Numbered from the stretch's first letter, positions 1 through 10,270 are shown. The stretch: DNA of 64,000 nucleotides from Verrucomicrobiia bacterium (GCA_963664225.1 OY760937.1:1248001-1312000); one strand, 5' to 3'. Numbers and translations: made by a program. The notes: generated by a model not told the origin, from the sequence alone.

Positions 1-283
1 CAGCGCAATGAAGCGCGCAATGCACCGCTTTTGCGCTTTTTTATGGAGGCGCAGCACAAAATTCATCTGCAATGGCGAAAAGGCCAATAAATCCATGGGT
101 GTTCGTGAATGCTGCGGTTTCGCATTGTTCCCATGCGGGAAATGTCATCCCCTCTCCCTCGCCAGAGGGAAAGGGTGAGGGAGTTTTTATTCTTGAATCC
201 AAGTTCCTCTGGTCATCTTGGATTGATTCAACGTATCCGTCAGGCGAAGTGGCTATAGGCAATGGCCGGGCTGAAGTGGTTAA

Positions 284-631
284 ATGGGGGGCGTGAAGCA
301 CCGAACTGCATCCTCAAATCGATTTCCGCAAACCACATGTGAACAACGTGCCCAATGGATCCTTCGCTATCACCAGAGTGGATTGACGCGGCGCGCCTTT
401 GCTTCTGAGTATGGCATCGGATTGTCCACATTGGGGAGGTGGCTCAGAGACCCGGTGCCCACCGCCGTGGAACCACCCGCACTGCCACGCCTGCAGGAAG
501 TCCCTCTGGCTTCCCTGCTGGGAAATTCGCCTTGGGCTGCGGAAATCACCTTTGCCGACGGGACCGCGGTGCGCCTGACTGGGGACCTGGCCGACCGACT
601 TTTGCAACCCTGGCTTGGGGCGCGTTCATGA
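284..631 (+). CDS. tnpA: IS66 accessory protein TnpA (HTH)
   Basis: SGLTRRAFASEYGIGLSTLGRW HTH motif and EITFADGTAVRL C-terminus; first ORF inside the IRs; start could be GTG at 293. Confidence 0.85.
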   Translation: MGGVKHRTASSNRFPQTTCEQRAQWILRYHQSGLTRRAFASEYGIGLSTLGRWLRDPVPTAVEPPALPRLQEVPLASLLGNSPWAAEITFADGTAVRLTGDLADRLLQPWLGARS

Positions 632-963
632 TCACGCCCACTGCCGCCACACGTATCTTCGTTGCCCTGGCTCCGATGGACTTGCGCCAGTCCTTTAACG
701 GGCTGTGTGCCTGGGTCCAGGAGTCCTTGCGTCAGGATCCTCTCTCGGGCCATCTTTTTTTGTTCACCAACAAACACCGGAACCGTCTCAAGGCCCTTTA
801 CTGGGACGGCAGCGGACTTTGGGTCAGCACAAAACGTTTGGAGCGGGGTCGATTTACCTGGCCACAAGGGGAGGGATTGCAGGCAAACTTGCGCGCCGAG
901 GAACTCAGCGCGTTAGTCAACGGATTGGAGATCCGCGCACGCAAAGACTGGCGGCGAAACTGA
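628..963 (+). CDS. tnpB: IS66 accessory protein TnpB (Orf2)
   Basis: DLRQSFNGL...LFLFTNKHRNRLKALYWDGSGLWVSTKRLERGRFTWP signature; ATG at 628 overlaps the tnpA stop (ATGA). Confidence 0.95.
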   Translation: MITPTAATRIFVALAPMDLRQSFNGLCAWVQESLRQDPLSGHLFLFTNKHRNRLKALYWDGSGLWVSTKRLERGRFTWPQGEGLQANLRAEELSALVNGLEIRARKDWRRN

Positions 964-993
964 AAGATTCTTAAAATAAATTGCGTATAACTA

Positions 994-1021
994 TTGACAT
1001 AATAATTTATATTGTTATGAG
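994..1021 (+). promoter_or_regulatory. possible sigma70 promoter for tnpC inside IS66
   Basis: TTGACA at 994-999, 16-nt spacer, TG-n-TATGAG at 1013-1021 in an AT-rich tnpB-tnpC gap. Confidence 0.35.
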
Positions 1022-1029
1022 TAATAACA

Positions 1030-2679
1030 ATGAATCCAGCACCGTCACTGACTCCCGAACTTCTGGCTCAGATGCCCGAGTCCTTCCGCGGTGTCGTCCT
1101 CCAGGCCGTTGGTCAGCTCGAAAGTCAGGTGCAGTCTCTGTCCAGCGAGAACAAGCTCCTGCGCCAGAAAATCGATGCCCTGATCCGCCAGTATTTTGGT
1201 TCACCCAAAAACGAGACCCTCGATCCCAACCAACTGCTTCTGCTCTTGAGCGGACTGGCAGGAACCTCCGCCCCGGTTGCGGCCACCCCGGTCCAATCCG
1301 CCCCGGCTTCCAAAGCCACGACAAATCGCAAACCGGCCCGTTCGGGGATTCCGGAGAATCTGCCCATTGAAAAGGTGGTGCTGCTGCCCGACGAGGTGAA
1401 AGCCAACCCGGACCAGTTCCGCCAGATTGACCAGCTGATCACACGGGAATTGGACTATGAGCCGGGCCGGTTTTTCTGGAGGGAAATTACGCGGCCAAAG
1501 TTTGTGCGTCGGACTGCGGCGGCCCCGGCCCCCGAAATTTCGCTCACGACACCGGAAGGCAAGCTGCCGCCGCTGGCGTTGGCCCTGGCAATGACCTCGT
1601 TGCCCGAGGTCAGGGAGGTTCTGATCGCGGAGCTGCCCAACCGGCTGATCGAAAAAGGACTGCCGGGAGTGGGCTTGCTGGTCCACTTGATTTTGAGCCG
1701 CTTTGAAGATCATCTGCCCTTTTACCGGCTGGAAAAGATCTTCCGGGAACGACACAGGGTGCCCATCGCCCGGCAGACAATGGTCGATTGGACCGAACGC
1801 CTGGCCGATTGGTTCCTGCCGGTCTATCGCGAGATGGCCGCTGGACTGCGCGCCGCCAAATATCTTCAAGCCGACGAGACCCCCATTCAATATCTGGACC
1901 GGGAAGTGCCCGGGCGCAGTTGCACGGGATACTTCTGGGTGTATGGCCAGCCAGGCGGAGATGTGATTTTCGAGTGGAAGACCAGCCGGGGCCGGGAAGG
2001 ACCCAAGGCGTTTCTGGAGACTTTCAAGGGCAAGCTCCAATGCGATGGCTATGGCGTCTATCAATCTTTGGCTAGGGAACGGGAGGATTGGACCCTGATC
2101 GGTTGCTGGGCCCATTGCCGGCGATATTTCCATAAGGCCAAGGATCATGACCGGCACGCGGCCTGGTTTTTGAAGCAAATCAGCCTGCTCTATGAGATTG
2201 AACGACGTCTGAGCCAGCAGAAGGCCGGGCCCAACCTGCGGGAAGCCGTGCGGGCTGCGGAGGCCAAGCCCGTGCTCGCGCGCATTGGAAGGGCGCTGGA
2301 GAAAATCGAGCCCAAGATTTTGCCCCAAAGCCTTCTGGGCAAGGCCATCCATTATGCCAGGGGTTTGTGGACAGAGTTGAATCAATATGCCCAGTTCGGG
2401 GAGGTGGCGATTGATAATAATCCGATCGAGAACATAATTCGGCCCACGGCCATTGGGAAAAAGAACTTCCTGTTCATTGGCCATCCCGAGGCGGGCTGGC
2501 GAAGCGCCGTGATCTACTCGATCCTGGGCAGTTGTCATCGCCATAAAATCAATCCGGCCCTCTATTTGCGTGATGTGCTCAGCCGCCTCCCCAACATGCA
2601 GCAAAGTGAGGTGCCAACCATTACCCCAAAAGCCTGGGCCAAGGCACATCCCGAAGCGCTCGCACAGTTGCCCAAGTAA
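1030..2679 (+). CDS. tnpC: IS66 DDE transposase TnpC
   Basis: LQADETP, LQCDGYGVY, GCWAHCRR, IDNNPIENIIRP, GKKNFLF motifs and an N-terminal leucine zipper. Confidence 0.96.
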   Translation: MNPAPSLTPELLAQMPESFRGVVLQAVGQLESQVQSLSSENKLLRQKIDALIRQYFGSPKNETLDPNQLLLLLSGLAGTSAPVAATPVQSAPASKATTNRKPARSGIPENLPIEKVVLLPDEVKANPDQFRQIDQLITRELDYEPGRFFWREITRPKFVRRTAAAPAPEISLTTPEGKLPPLALALAMTSLPEVREVLIAELPNRLIEKGLPGVGLLVHLILSRFEDHLPFYRLEKIFRERHRVPIARQTMVDWTERLADWFLPVYREMAAGLRAAKYLQADETPIQYLDREVPGRSCTGYFWVYGQPGGDVIFEWKTSRGREGPKAFLETFKGKLQCDGYGVYQSLAREREDWTLIGCWAHCRRYFHKAKDHDRHAAWFLKQISLLYEIERRLSQQKAGPNLREAVRAAEAKPVLARIGRALEKIEPKILPQSLLGKAIHYARGLWTELNQYAQFGEVAIDNNPIENIIRPTAIGKKNFLFIGHPEAGWRSAVIYSILGSCHRHKINPALYLRDVLSRLPNMQQSEVPTITPKAWAKAHPEALAQLPK

Positions 2680-3001
2680 CCGATGCCTTGTTGCGGGTGA
2701 CTTCTGAAAGTTGCCATATTCGCCTTTCACGCCGCCAATCTAATCAGGCCAGCCCCACATTGCCTATTGCCACTTCGCCTGACGGATACGATTCAACCAG
2801 GACTACTCACATGCCCTTTTGAAGGTCGATTTCTCTTGCCGAAGAATTCTGTCATGCACCCTTTTTCCGCCATCCCCGATTTCGGGGATACTCAGGCTTT
2901 TTAAAATATGGTAGTTTCCCCATCTGATACTCCAATCGGAGGAAAACAGGCTTTTCCAAAGCATTAGACAGACCAACTGTAAACCCAAGGAAACGCAAAA
3001 A

Positions 3002-5701
3002 ATGAGGACACTACTAACCGCATGCCTGGTTGCAGCCCCATTGATAGCAGCCACGGTGAATGCTCAGACGACCACCGTCTGGAACCCGGCCGCCAATCCC
3101 ACCACTACCGGTCTTTGGAGCGAAAGCGCCAATTGGACCGGCGGCGTCGTTCCAGATTATTCTTACAAGGTCGTGTTCAACGTTGCCGGAGCCAGTCCCT
3201 GCACCGTCAAAAGCGTCGCCACACCCGGTCAGTTGGTCATGGGAGATGGCGGTCCCGGAACCGTGATTATCGGCACTGGCGGCACTCTGACCACCGGGAC
3301 GAATTGGACCGGCCTGGGCTACAACAACGTGGCCGGCATCGAGGTCAGGTCCGGCGGCGCCGCCATTTTTAACGACCACCTGTGGGTTGGTTTTCTGCCC
3401 GGCGCGGATGGCACCCTTACCCTGAACGGCGGCACCGTCAATGTCTCTGGAATGTTCGGCTTGGGCTGGAACGGGGGCAAGGGATCGGCCTTTATCTACA
3501 ACGGCACCCTGAACCTTGCTCAATGGCATCCAACCGATTCGATTAAAAGTAATTCGATCATGGACATCACCGCCGGCAAGGTGGTGATCACCGGTAACGT
3601 GCTGGAATCCGTCAGTAACTATGTGGCGGTTGGAAAAATCATCTCCTACGCGGGGGCGGGGACTGTGGCATCCGCTTTTGATGAAGCCGCAGGCAAGACC
3701 ACTTTGACCGGCATTCGCCCCATCGGCGTCGGCCCGTTTGCCCCCACCAATTGGCCGACGAGCATCAAACCCGACAAAAAGGTCCATTTTTTCGCGGCGG
3801 ATGAATCCTTCGGCGCGCCGAATGAGAACTGGAATAACTCACTGGGACTGTTGAACGACGGAGATCAGACGACCATTGACGGAATGATTAAAGGCTTTGT
3901 AAGCAAGAAGGCTGCTTCTAGTTTTTTCAATATCACCGACTCCGCATACCAGGAATGGAACGCCTATGATCGCATTGATATTCTCATGCAGGTTTATGGC
4001 GATATTTCCGTGCTCAAACCCGGCAATCTGACTCTGCCGCGCCATATCCAATTCCTGACCGGCACCGTGCCTACTGAATTGGCTGTGGATGGGGGAGATT
4101 ATTCGATCGCCGCTTACAATCAGCGCTGGAACTGGATTGCCTTCTCCATTACCAACACTCTCATCGACGGCGGCCCCAACCACAAGGTGGGTTTCGTGCC
4201 AGATGGCGCGCAAGGGAACACCACTTATGGCGGTGTCAATGGAGGCACCATCCGGCTCCAGGGTCCCGATAATGGGGTCAATGGCATGTCGGTTCACGCG
4301 ATTGCCTTTGGCGAACCTGGCGCGTTTGGCGCCATCGCGGATATCAACCAGTTCGATGTTCCCGACGTATCCTGCGGTCCGGTACCTGATGAAAATCTGG
4401 TCGGCATCGACATTGCCGCCAGCGTTACCAATCACCTGGTGGTGCTGAATGACCAGGACCAGACCGTGACAGCGGTCACGGACGTGGGTCCCACAGGGGA
4501 CAAGCGTAATGCCGTCCTTCCGCAAGGCACTCTGTTGAATTTTGGAATCACCGATGAATTCCTGGGCAAGCCCTGCCATGACAACGCAACTTTCAAAGTC
4601 TGCCTTGATTTCTATGACGATCCCGCCTTTGCGGGAATGGGCGTCCAGTTTGGACCCGAGGCCTATGCCATCGATGCCTCTGGCGCGGTCGCGGTTTTCC
4701 CGGCGGGTCAGCTTCAAACCCTGGAGGGCTCCGGCAAATGGATTCGCCGTTCGTGGCTGATTCCAGGCGTCAACTTAAAGGGCGTCAACACGGGCTCGCT
4801 CACCGGCGGTCCGCGCTTTATTTGCGTCAATGGCCAGGTGGCGGTTTCGCGTTGCGAAATGGCCATTTTACGGACCGGCGATCATCCCCTGGCGGGGCAG
4901 GATCCGTTGGCGGATTGCTATTCCGATCCGCTGGTTTGCAGCGACGTTTACGGCAACTTTGCGGAACTCGATCTCGCCCGCGGCATCACGGATGGTCTGG
5001 ACGTGGGCACCAGCGGCGGTGACCAGTTCATGGTGACTGAGGAAGCCGGTCCGGTGGGCGATCGCCGCATGGCCGTCCGTCCCTCCTATGGAGACATCGG
5101 CACCGGCCAATTCCTGAACTTTGCCATTCTGACCAATGCCTTCGGACCTTCCACGCAACCCAATGCCCGTCTGGCAATGGCCGTCACTTATTATGACGAT
5201 CCCGCGCTCGTCGGGAAGGGATTCCGGCCCCAGGTATGGAAAATGGATTCCTCCGGCACTGAAGTCTTCAATTATCTTCAGCCAAAGGATAACATCGTGC
5301 TTCAGGGCACCGATAAATGGCGCGTTGCCTATTGGGAACTCCCGGCCATCAAATTCACCGGCGTCAACCAGGGACCCCAGGCCGCAGCCCGCTTCGATCT
5401 TGAAGGAAAGATCTTTGTCACCCGCGTTCGTTACGCGGTGATTCGCGCCTGCGGCCCCAACATGGGAAGAAACCTCCTCGAGAGCGAAAAGCCTTCCATG
5501 ACCATCGCCAGGGATATCGATGGGCAATTAAAGATGACCTGGCTCTACAAGGCCCCGCAGAACCAGATTCAAGGCATAAACACCTTTGGCGAGCTCTGGG
5601 CGCCATTGCAGGCCACCAACACCATTGAGAACAGCGAATGGAACGCTGTTCTGATCGCCCCCGAAAAAACCACCCGTTTCTTCAGGTTGGTGATGCCGTA
5701 A
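3002..5701 (+). CDS. secreted modular protein: Gly-rich beta-helix-like N-terminus, three ~190-aa repeats, C-terminal RFFRL domain
   Basis: Signal peptide MRTLLTACLVAAPLIAATVNA; internal repeats (YDDPAF/YYDDPAL, GKW/DKW, GVN); C-terminal TRFFRLVMP. Confidence 0.8.
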   Translation: MRTLLTACLVAAPLIAATVNAQTTTVWNPAANPTTTGLWSESANWTGGVVPDYSYKVVFNVAGASPCTVKSVATPGQLVMGDGGPGTVIIGTGGTLTTGTNWTGLGYNNVAGIEVRSGGAAIFNDHLWVGFLPGADGTLTLNGGTVNVSGMFGLGWNGGKGSAFIYNGTLNLAQWHPTDSIKSNSIMDITAGKVVITGNVLESVSNYVAVGKIISYAGAGTVASAFDEAAGKTTLTGIRPIGVGPFAPTNWPTSIKPDKKVHFFAADESFGAPNENWNNSLGLLNDGDQTTIDGMIKGFVSKKAASSFFNITDSAYQEWNAYDRIDILMQVYGDISVLKPGNLTLPRHIQFLTGTVPTELAVDGGDYSIAAYNQRWNWIAFSITNTLIDGGPNHKVGFVPDGAQGNTTYGGVNGGTIRLQGPDNGVNGMSVHAIAFGEPGAFGAIADINQFDVPDVSCGPVPDENLVGIDIAASVTNHLVVLNDQDQTVTAVTDVGPTGDKRNAVLPQGTLLNFGITDEFLGKPCHDNATFKVCLDFYDDPAFAGMGVQFGPEAYAIDASGAVAVFPAGQLQTLEGSGKWIRRSWLIPGVNLKGVNTGSLTGGPRFICVNGQVAVSRCEMAILRTGDHPLAGQDPLADCYSDPLVCSDVYGNFAELDLARGITDGLDVGTSGGDQFMVTEEAGPVGDRRMAVRPSYGDIGTGQFLNFAILTNAFGPSTQPNARLAMAVTYYDDPALVGKGFRPQVWKMDSSGTEVFNYLQPKDNIVLQGTDKWRVAYWELPAIKFTGVNQGPQAAARFDLEGKIFVTRVRYAVIRACGPNMGRNLLESEKPSMTIARDIDGQLKMTWLYKAPQNQIQGINTFGELWAPLQATNTIENSEWNAVLIAPEKTTRFFRLVMP

Positions 5702-5726
5702 TGCAGGGTTGTCAATTCCTGCCCGT

Positions 5727-5764
5727 AAAAGCCCGTCCGGTCCAAAAAACCGGCCGGGCTTTTT
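5727..5764. terminator. probable bidirectional intrinsic terminator
   Basis: AAAA-GCCCGTCCGGT-loop-ACCGGCCGGGC-TTTTT between convergent genes. Confidence 0.65.
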
Positions 5765-5828
5765 GGCCGGTCACCGGACGCCTCGTGAGGACGCTTGGCA
5801 TACAACATTTTCAGGTGTACCACCCCCT

Positions 5829-5882
5829 GTAGGCCGGGTCCCCTGACCCGGCGTCCCTGTAGGCCGGAGCCCCCACCGGGCG
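5829..5882 (+). repeat. two GTAG-type REP-like palindromic units
   Basis: GTAGGCCGGGTCCCCTGACCCGGCG and GTAGGCCGGAGCCCCCACCGGGCG, 30-bp period, intergenic. Confidence 0.6.
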
Positions 5883-5917
5883 TCCCTTGGTATGGCATCC
5901 TTCGGCTTGGGTTTTGT

Positions 5918-7759
5918 TCATTTCTGCCCATGCTTCGTGACCAGCCATCGCATCGCAGCCTCTTCGCCAAAGCTCTGTATGCGGTCGATGTAGCTGATCC
6001 AATCCTGGTCTGGCATCGTTTGCAGCAAGGGCTCGCTCTGTTGAACGAGCGCATTGAACATCTCTTTTTGTTGGGCGATTTGGTTGAGCCGGTCTTGAAC
6101 AGTCTGCCCGCCGTCGCCATAGGGGCTGTTTGGATTCATTGCGCTCAAGGCATTGCGTTCGATGGCCAGGCCCACCAGATGGCTGATGGCGCCATCCCCC
6201 GCTGATCCCGCGCCGTAGCTTTGCCCCAGGCTTGCCGCGATTTGCAGAACCGCCTGCGCGGATGCCTGGTCGCCGACCTGTCGATAGGTGCTGGATAGGT
6301 CCACCATTTGCTGGCCAAGTTGCTTTAATTCCAGGAGTTGCGGCAGCTCCACCTGGGAACCGATCAATTTGGACGCCGCCGCGGAGTAACCGGCCGCAAG
6401 GTAGGCCTCTGCGTCATTCTGCGCGCGCTCGAGCGTGTAATCCTGGAACTGACGCTTTCCGGAGGCGGCCATCAATTCCTGCACAGCTTGATCCGTCTGG
6501 CCCGCCTTGAGGTAATCGCGCGCCGAGAGGTAATTCGCCAGCGCGTTGTCCGGAGCCGTCTGTTCGAAGTTGTTCAGCCATTGGCGTCGTTGCTCGGGTG
6601 TCAGGTCCCCCTTTAGAATCGCCTCAAAGGCCACCTTCGGGTCGCTGGGAAAGTTCTGCATGGCTTCCTTGAGCAATGCCGCGTTCCCGCTGGTGCGATA
6701 CGCCGCCAGCAGACTCGCGGCCTTGCGCCCGTTTGCCTTGAGATAAACCTCGACCTGTTCGGCGGTCAGCTTCGGTGGTTCATTGCCGAATCGGGTATAT
6801 AAATTGGTGGCTTGCGATTCCCCCATTGGGGAGGGCGTTTTCGTGGCAATCTGCATGGGCGGAACGGCCGGACGAGGCTCCCGGGCCTTCTTCGTTTGGG
6901 CGAACTGGTCAGAGAGGCCCGCGTTTTCGGACTGCAGTTGCGCGTTCTGCTGCTGCAACGCCTGGTTTTCCTCGCGAAGCCTCTCTTGCGTATGGTGCTG
7001 GATCACGAGCGTCGTCGTCGCCCCGGCAATCAGCAGGGCCGTGAATGTGAGTTGGAGTTTTGTCATGGCCAGTTTTTTTAGGAGTGTGAGTGTTGTTCCA
7101 GTTCCCACCGCCACCGCCGCAGTCGAGGTTGTCAGGAGCGTCGCCGCCAGGCCGGCCGGGGCCGCGGTGACGGCCTTGACGCTCAGTGTGGAGGCCAGCG
7201 CTGCCGCAGTGGAGGTAACGCCCTTGCGGGCCAGTTGCAGGCGCAGCTTGTCCAGCGCCCGGTCCACCCTCATGCGCGCGGCGTTGTCGCTCAGCCCCAG
7301 GGCCAGCCCCACCTCGTTCAGACTCTTGTTTTTGAAGAAGCGAAGCAGAACGGCATGGCGATCCGTGGCGCCGAGCTCATGCATGGCCTCTTCCAGCACG
7401 GGAAACAAATCATCGCCATTCGATTCTGAATCCGGTTCGCGCAGAAGTTCGATCATGGTATGGGCCTCCTGTTCGCGTGCCTGCCTTCGCTGTTCCGTGC
7501 GCCTCACCCGCAATGCCACCCAGCGGGTGGTGGTGTAGAGCCATCCCACAAGCGCGGGATGATTTCTAAGTCGGTTCGCCTGCCGCGCCAATTCCGAAAA
7601 AACCAGTTGGGTGACATCCTGCGCCCGGTGAAAGTCGCCGCCGGTCAAACGCAAGGCCGCGGAATAAACCAAATCCATGTGCCGTCGAATCAGCTCGGCA
7701 AAGTCCGCTTCTGAATGGTCGGCGGCATATCGGCTTAGCAATTCAGTATCTTCGCGCAT
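5918..7759 (-). CDS. ECF sigma-70 factor with long C-terminal extension (TM helix, coiled coil, TPR-like region)
   Basis: Region 2 (AQDVTQLVF..GWLY) and region 4 (LLRFFKNKSLNEVGLALGLSDNAARMRVDRALDKLR), then an Ala-rich linker and a hydrophobic helix. Confidence 0.9.
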   Translation of the reverse strand: MREDTELLSRYAADHSEADFAELIRRHMDLVYSAALRLTGGDFHRAQDVTQLVFSELARQANRLRNHPALVGWLYTTTRWVALRVRRTEQRRQAREQEAHTMIELLREPDSESNGDDLFPVLEEAMHELGATDRHAVLLRFFKNKSLNEVGLALGLSDNAARMRVDRALDKLRLQLARKGVTSTAAALASTLSVKAVTAAPAGLAATLLTTSTAAVAVGTGTTLTLLKKLAMTKLQLTFTALLIAGATTTLVIQHHTQERLREENQALQQQNAQLQSENAGLSDQFAQTKKAREPRPAVPPMQIATKTPSPMGESQATNLYTRFGNEPPKLTAEQVEVYLKANGRKAASLLAAYRTSGNAALLKEAMQNFPSDPKVAFEAILKGDLTPEQRRQWLNNFEQTAPDNALANYLSARDYLKAGQTDQAVQELMAASGKRQFQDYTLERAQNDAEAYLAAGYSAAASKLIGSQVELPQLLELKQLGQQMVDLSSTYRQVGDQASAQAVLQIAASLGQSYGAGSAGDGAISHLVGLAIERNALSAMNPNSPYGDGGQTVQDRLNQIAQQKEMFNALVQQSEPLLQTMPDQDWISYIDRIQSFGEEAAMRWLVTKHGQK

Positions 7760-8146
7760 GACGTTTCATAAAGTAATGCCCGCCCATGGGCAAAACGCAC
7801 AAGAATCTTTTCCCATGAATGAAATCCATTTGACAAGAGGTCTTTTGAGGCGCAAAAAGATCACGGCGTCAACGGTTTGCCTGACACGGATTCACCTTGG
7901 GCCACTATGAAAATATAACAGAAATGTTCAATGCGAAATGGAAAACGAATTCAAAATAATATGTCGATACGATATGCAATAATAAAAAGTGACAATCTAT
8001 ATGACTTTGAAAACACGTGTCGTTTGAAACATGCACAAAACAGGAGGTTTATAGAATAACGTTATGAAAACTTTATTAACAAACCGATATGCGAGTTGAA
8101 CCTAACGCTCAAAGGATAGCGCATATTTGTGAATTGACATCAATGT

Positions 8147-9175
8147 ATGAAATCCATTGTATTTTTTAATAACAAAGGTGGTGTGGGTAAAACTACGCTT
8201 ATTTGCAATGTCGCAGCAAACTTCGCAACGCGATTTAAAAAGAAGGTCCTCTTAATTGATTGTGACCCACAGTGCAATTCAACTCAATTAGTGCTCAACG
8301 ACGAGATATGCGCAGAACTCTACTGGAACAAAACGCCAAGCTTGCGCCACACATTATTAGATGTTCTGAAACCAATTGAAGTTGGAGACGCGGGCATTGA
8401 CCCCAACTTCACAGCGGTTTCTGCATCCGACAATCGATTCAATATCGACATTCTTCCAGGCCACCCTCGACTTTCATTAGTGGAAGATCGATTAGGTCAA
8501 GCGTGGAGTGAAGCCACTGGCGGCCAAATTGGCGGGTTGCGGAAAACAAATTGGGGAACTAGCCTTGGCAAATCATTACAAGGAAAATACGATGTTGTAT
8601 TCTTCGATGTTGGACCAAGCCTTGGCTCTTTAAACCGATCAGTTTTATTGGGGGCGGATTATTTCATCTCCCCGATGGGATGTGACATATTCAGTATTGT
8701 TGGCATTAGAAATATTGCAGAGTGGCTCAAACAATGGATATTATTGTATGAATCCGGAATCAACCTATGCAAGACTCAACATCCGGGTATGATTGATAGC
8801 TTTCCAATTGCAGTTGATGTAAAGATTTGTCATGGTTTCGCAGGTTACACTGTTCAGCAATACATTACCAAATCAAAGCTGGGTGTAAGGCGGCCAACAC
8901 TAGCCTTCGAGAAAATATTGGAAGATATACCAACAGAGATGGCAAGCAGTCTGCTGGGATTTGCAGCGACGGGTGTTGACACCGCCAAAGCGAAACTCGG
9001 TGATGTTCCAAATATGTTCAGTCTAATACCACTAGCTCAAACGGCAAAAGCCCCAATTCTAGACTTAAATTCATTAGACGGTCTTGTTGGAAGTCAATAC
9101 GTCCAGGCAAAGTCTTATGCAGTGTTCGTAGAATTGGTAAGCGAATCTTTACAGTCTAATATTGGAATTCTCTAA
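8147..9175 (+). CDS. ParA/Soj-family (deviant Walker A) ATPase, low GC
   Basis: FFNNKGGVGKTT, IDCDPQCN, FFDVGPSLG motifs. Confidence 0.9.
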   Translation: MKSIVFFNNKGGVGKTTLICNVAANFATRFKKKVLLIDCDPQCNSTQLVLNDEICAELYWNKTPSLRHTLLDVLKPIEVGDAGIDPNFTAVSASDNRFNIDILPGHPRLSLVEDRLGQAWSEATGGQIGGLRKTNWGTSLGKSLQGKYDVVFFDVGPSLGSLNRSVLLGADYFISPMGCDIFSIVGIRNIAEWLKQWILLYESGINLCKTQHPGMIDSFPIAVDVKICHGFAGYTVQQYITKSKLGVRRPTLAFEKILEDIPTEMASSLLGFAATGVDTAKAKLGDVPNMFSLIPLAQTAKAPILDLNSLDGLVGSQYVQAKSYAVFVELVSESLQSNIGIL

Positions 9176-9187
9176 TTTAGCGCGCAT

Positions 9188-10054
9188 ATGATAACATGGC
9201 CTGATTCACTAGTAGCTGAACTTGCGGAGCGAAGATGCGTTATTTTTCTTGGAGCGGGTGCTTCTGCCGGATGCAAAGCCCGATCTGCTACAAATGTTTA
9301 TCCACCGCCACCCACATGGCAACAATTACTCCTTGACGCCGCGGAAAAGATTCAGGATTTATCTGACAAGAGCGAAGCGATTAGGTTGGTCAATAGCGGG
9401 CATTATTTGGATGCAGCCCAAGTTGCTTGGGACAACATTAATGAGCCCGAAATCCGAGCTTTTTTATGGGATAAATTTAAGACTCCCAATTATGAGCCTT
9501 CAGACATTCATAAGGTAGTTCTTGATCTCGACCCTAAAGTTGTAATTACTACCAATATAGATGACATATACGAATCCTACTGCAAAAATGCTGGGTCTGA
9601 CCAAGGTTATAATCACTGTAATTATTATGACGGCCATGCGCTGAATGATGTTCGTTCAACGCTACGCGTTATTCTTAAAGCGCACGGGTGCATTACAGCA
9701 GTCAATCAAGTGATTATGACACGACGACAATATTATGAAGCGAGATTAAAGTATTCTCAATTTTATTGTTTGCTCGACGCCTTATTTCTAACAAACACGA
9801 TCCTCTTCATTGGGTGTGGATTAAATGATCCAGATATTCAAATGATTTTGGAAAACTCCAATATCGCCGTTCCAAGCGGCCACCCTCACTACTCGATAGT
9901 GGAGGAGGGACGTCATCATTCTTTGATAGAGTCAATTAAAAAAACATATAACATTCAACTGCTTGAATATCAAAATGGAGAACACGGTCAAGCTGTCACA
10001 GCTCTTCAAGATCTCTCAAAACGTGTCGAGGCGTATCGTGCTACCACCTATTGA
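9188..10054 (+). CDS. SIR2-like (SIR2_2) putative NADase, low GC
   Basis: IFLGAGAS, VITTNID, LKAHG, LFIGCGLNDPDI motifs; starts 12 nt after the ATPase stop. Confidence 0.88.
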   Translation: MITWPDSLVAELAERRCVIFLGAGASAGCKARSATNVYPPPPTWQQLLLDAAEKIQDLSDKSEAIRLVNSGHYLDAAQVAWDNINEPEIRAFLWDKFKTPNYEPSDIHKVVLDLDPKVVITTNIDDIYESYCKNAGSDQGYNHCNYYDGHALNDVRSTLRVILKAHGCITAVNQVIMTRRQYYEARLKYSQFYCLLDALFLTNTILFIGCGLNDPDIQMILENSNIAVPSGHPHYSIVEEGRHHSLIESIKKTYNIQLLEYQNGEHGQAVTALQDLSKRVEAYRATTY

Positions 10055-10270
10055 TATTCCTTTGTGCCTAATCGTGCTCAATTCGAAGACCGATTCGGCC
10101 TGAATATATTCGGCCTTGGTTGCATCGTGTTCCTGATGCGCAAGCTTCCCTTTCTGCATTATAACGAAACAGCTTTAAAAGCATGAAGCAACTTGGCACG
10201 AACATCTCCAATTCGCAAATCTGCGCCGCAGGACTTCTGATGGTTTCGGCAGTTCAGTTGTCCGCCTCAG

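Larger units (their letters stand above)
233..2789 (+). mobile_element. IS66-family insertion sequence, apparently intact
   Basis: 32-bp terminal inverted repeats with 1 mismatch (233-264 GTATCCGTCAGGCGAAGTGGCTATAGGCAATG; 2758-2789); 8-bp target duplication GATTCAAC at 225-232 and 2790-2797; tnpA-tnpB-tnpC order. Confidence 0.96.

Noticed and set aside
149..181. CCCTCTCCCTC..GAGGGAAAGGG hairpin
   Set aside because: Single REP-like palindrome with no context inside the window
1201..2730. 509-aa antisense ORF, and similar long antisense ORFs at 17104-18381, 30413-31441, 33635-34903, 42328-43365 and 61918-62871
   Set aside because: Shadow frames opposite well-supported genes in high-GC DNA
7890..8146. 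AT-rich stretch as an integron cassette remnant or retron ncRNA
   Set aside because: Only fragments (TTGGGCCACTATGA, CCTAAC) with no attC hairpin, no msr-msd inverted repeats and no RT nearby
8147..9175. Chromosome or plasmid partitioning role for this ParA
   Set aside because: No parB/parS or rep nearby; it is coupled to SIR2 instead
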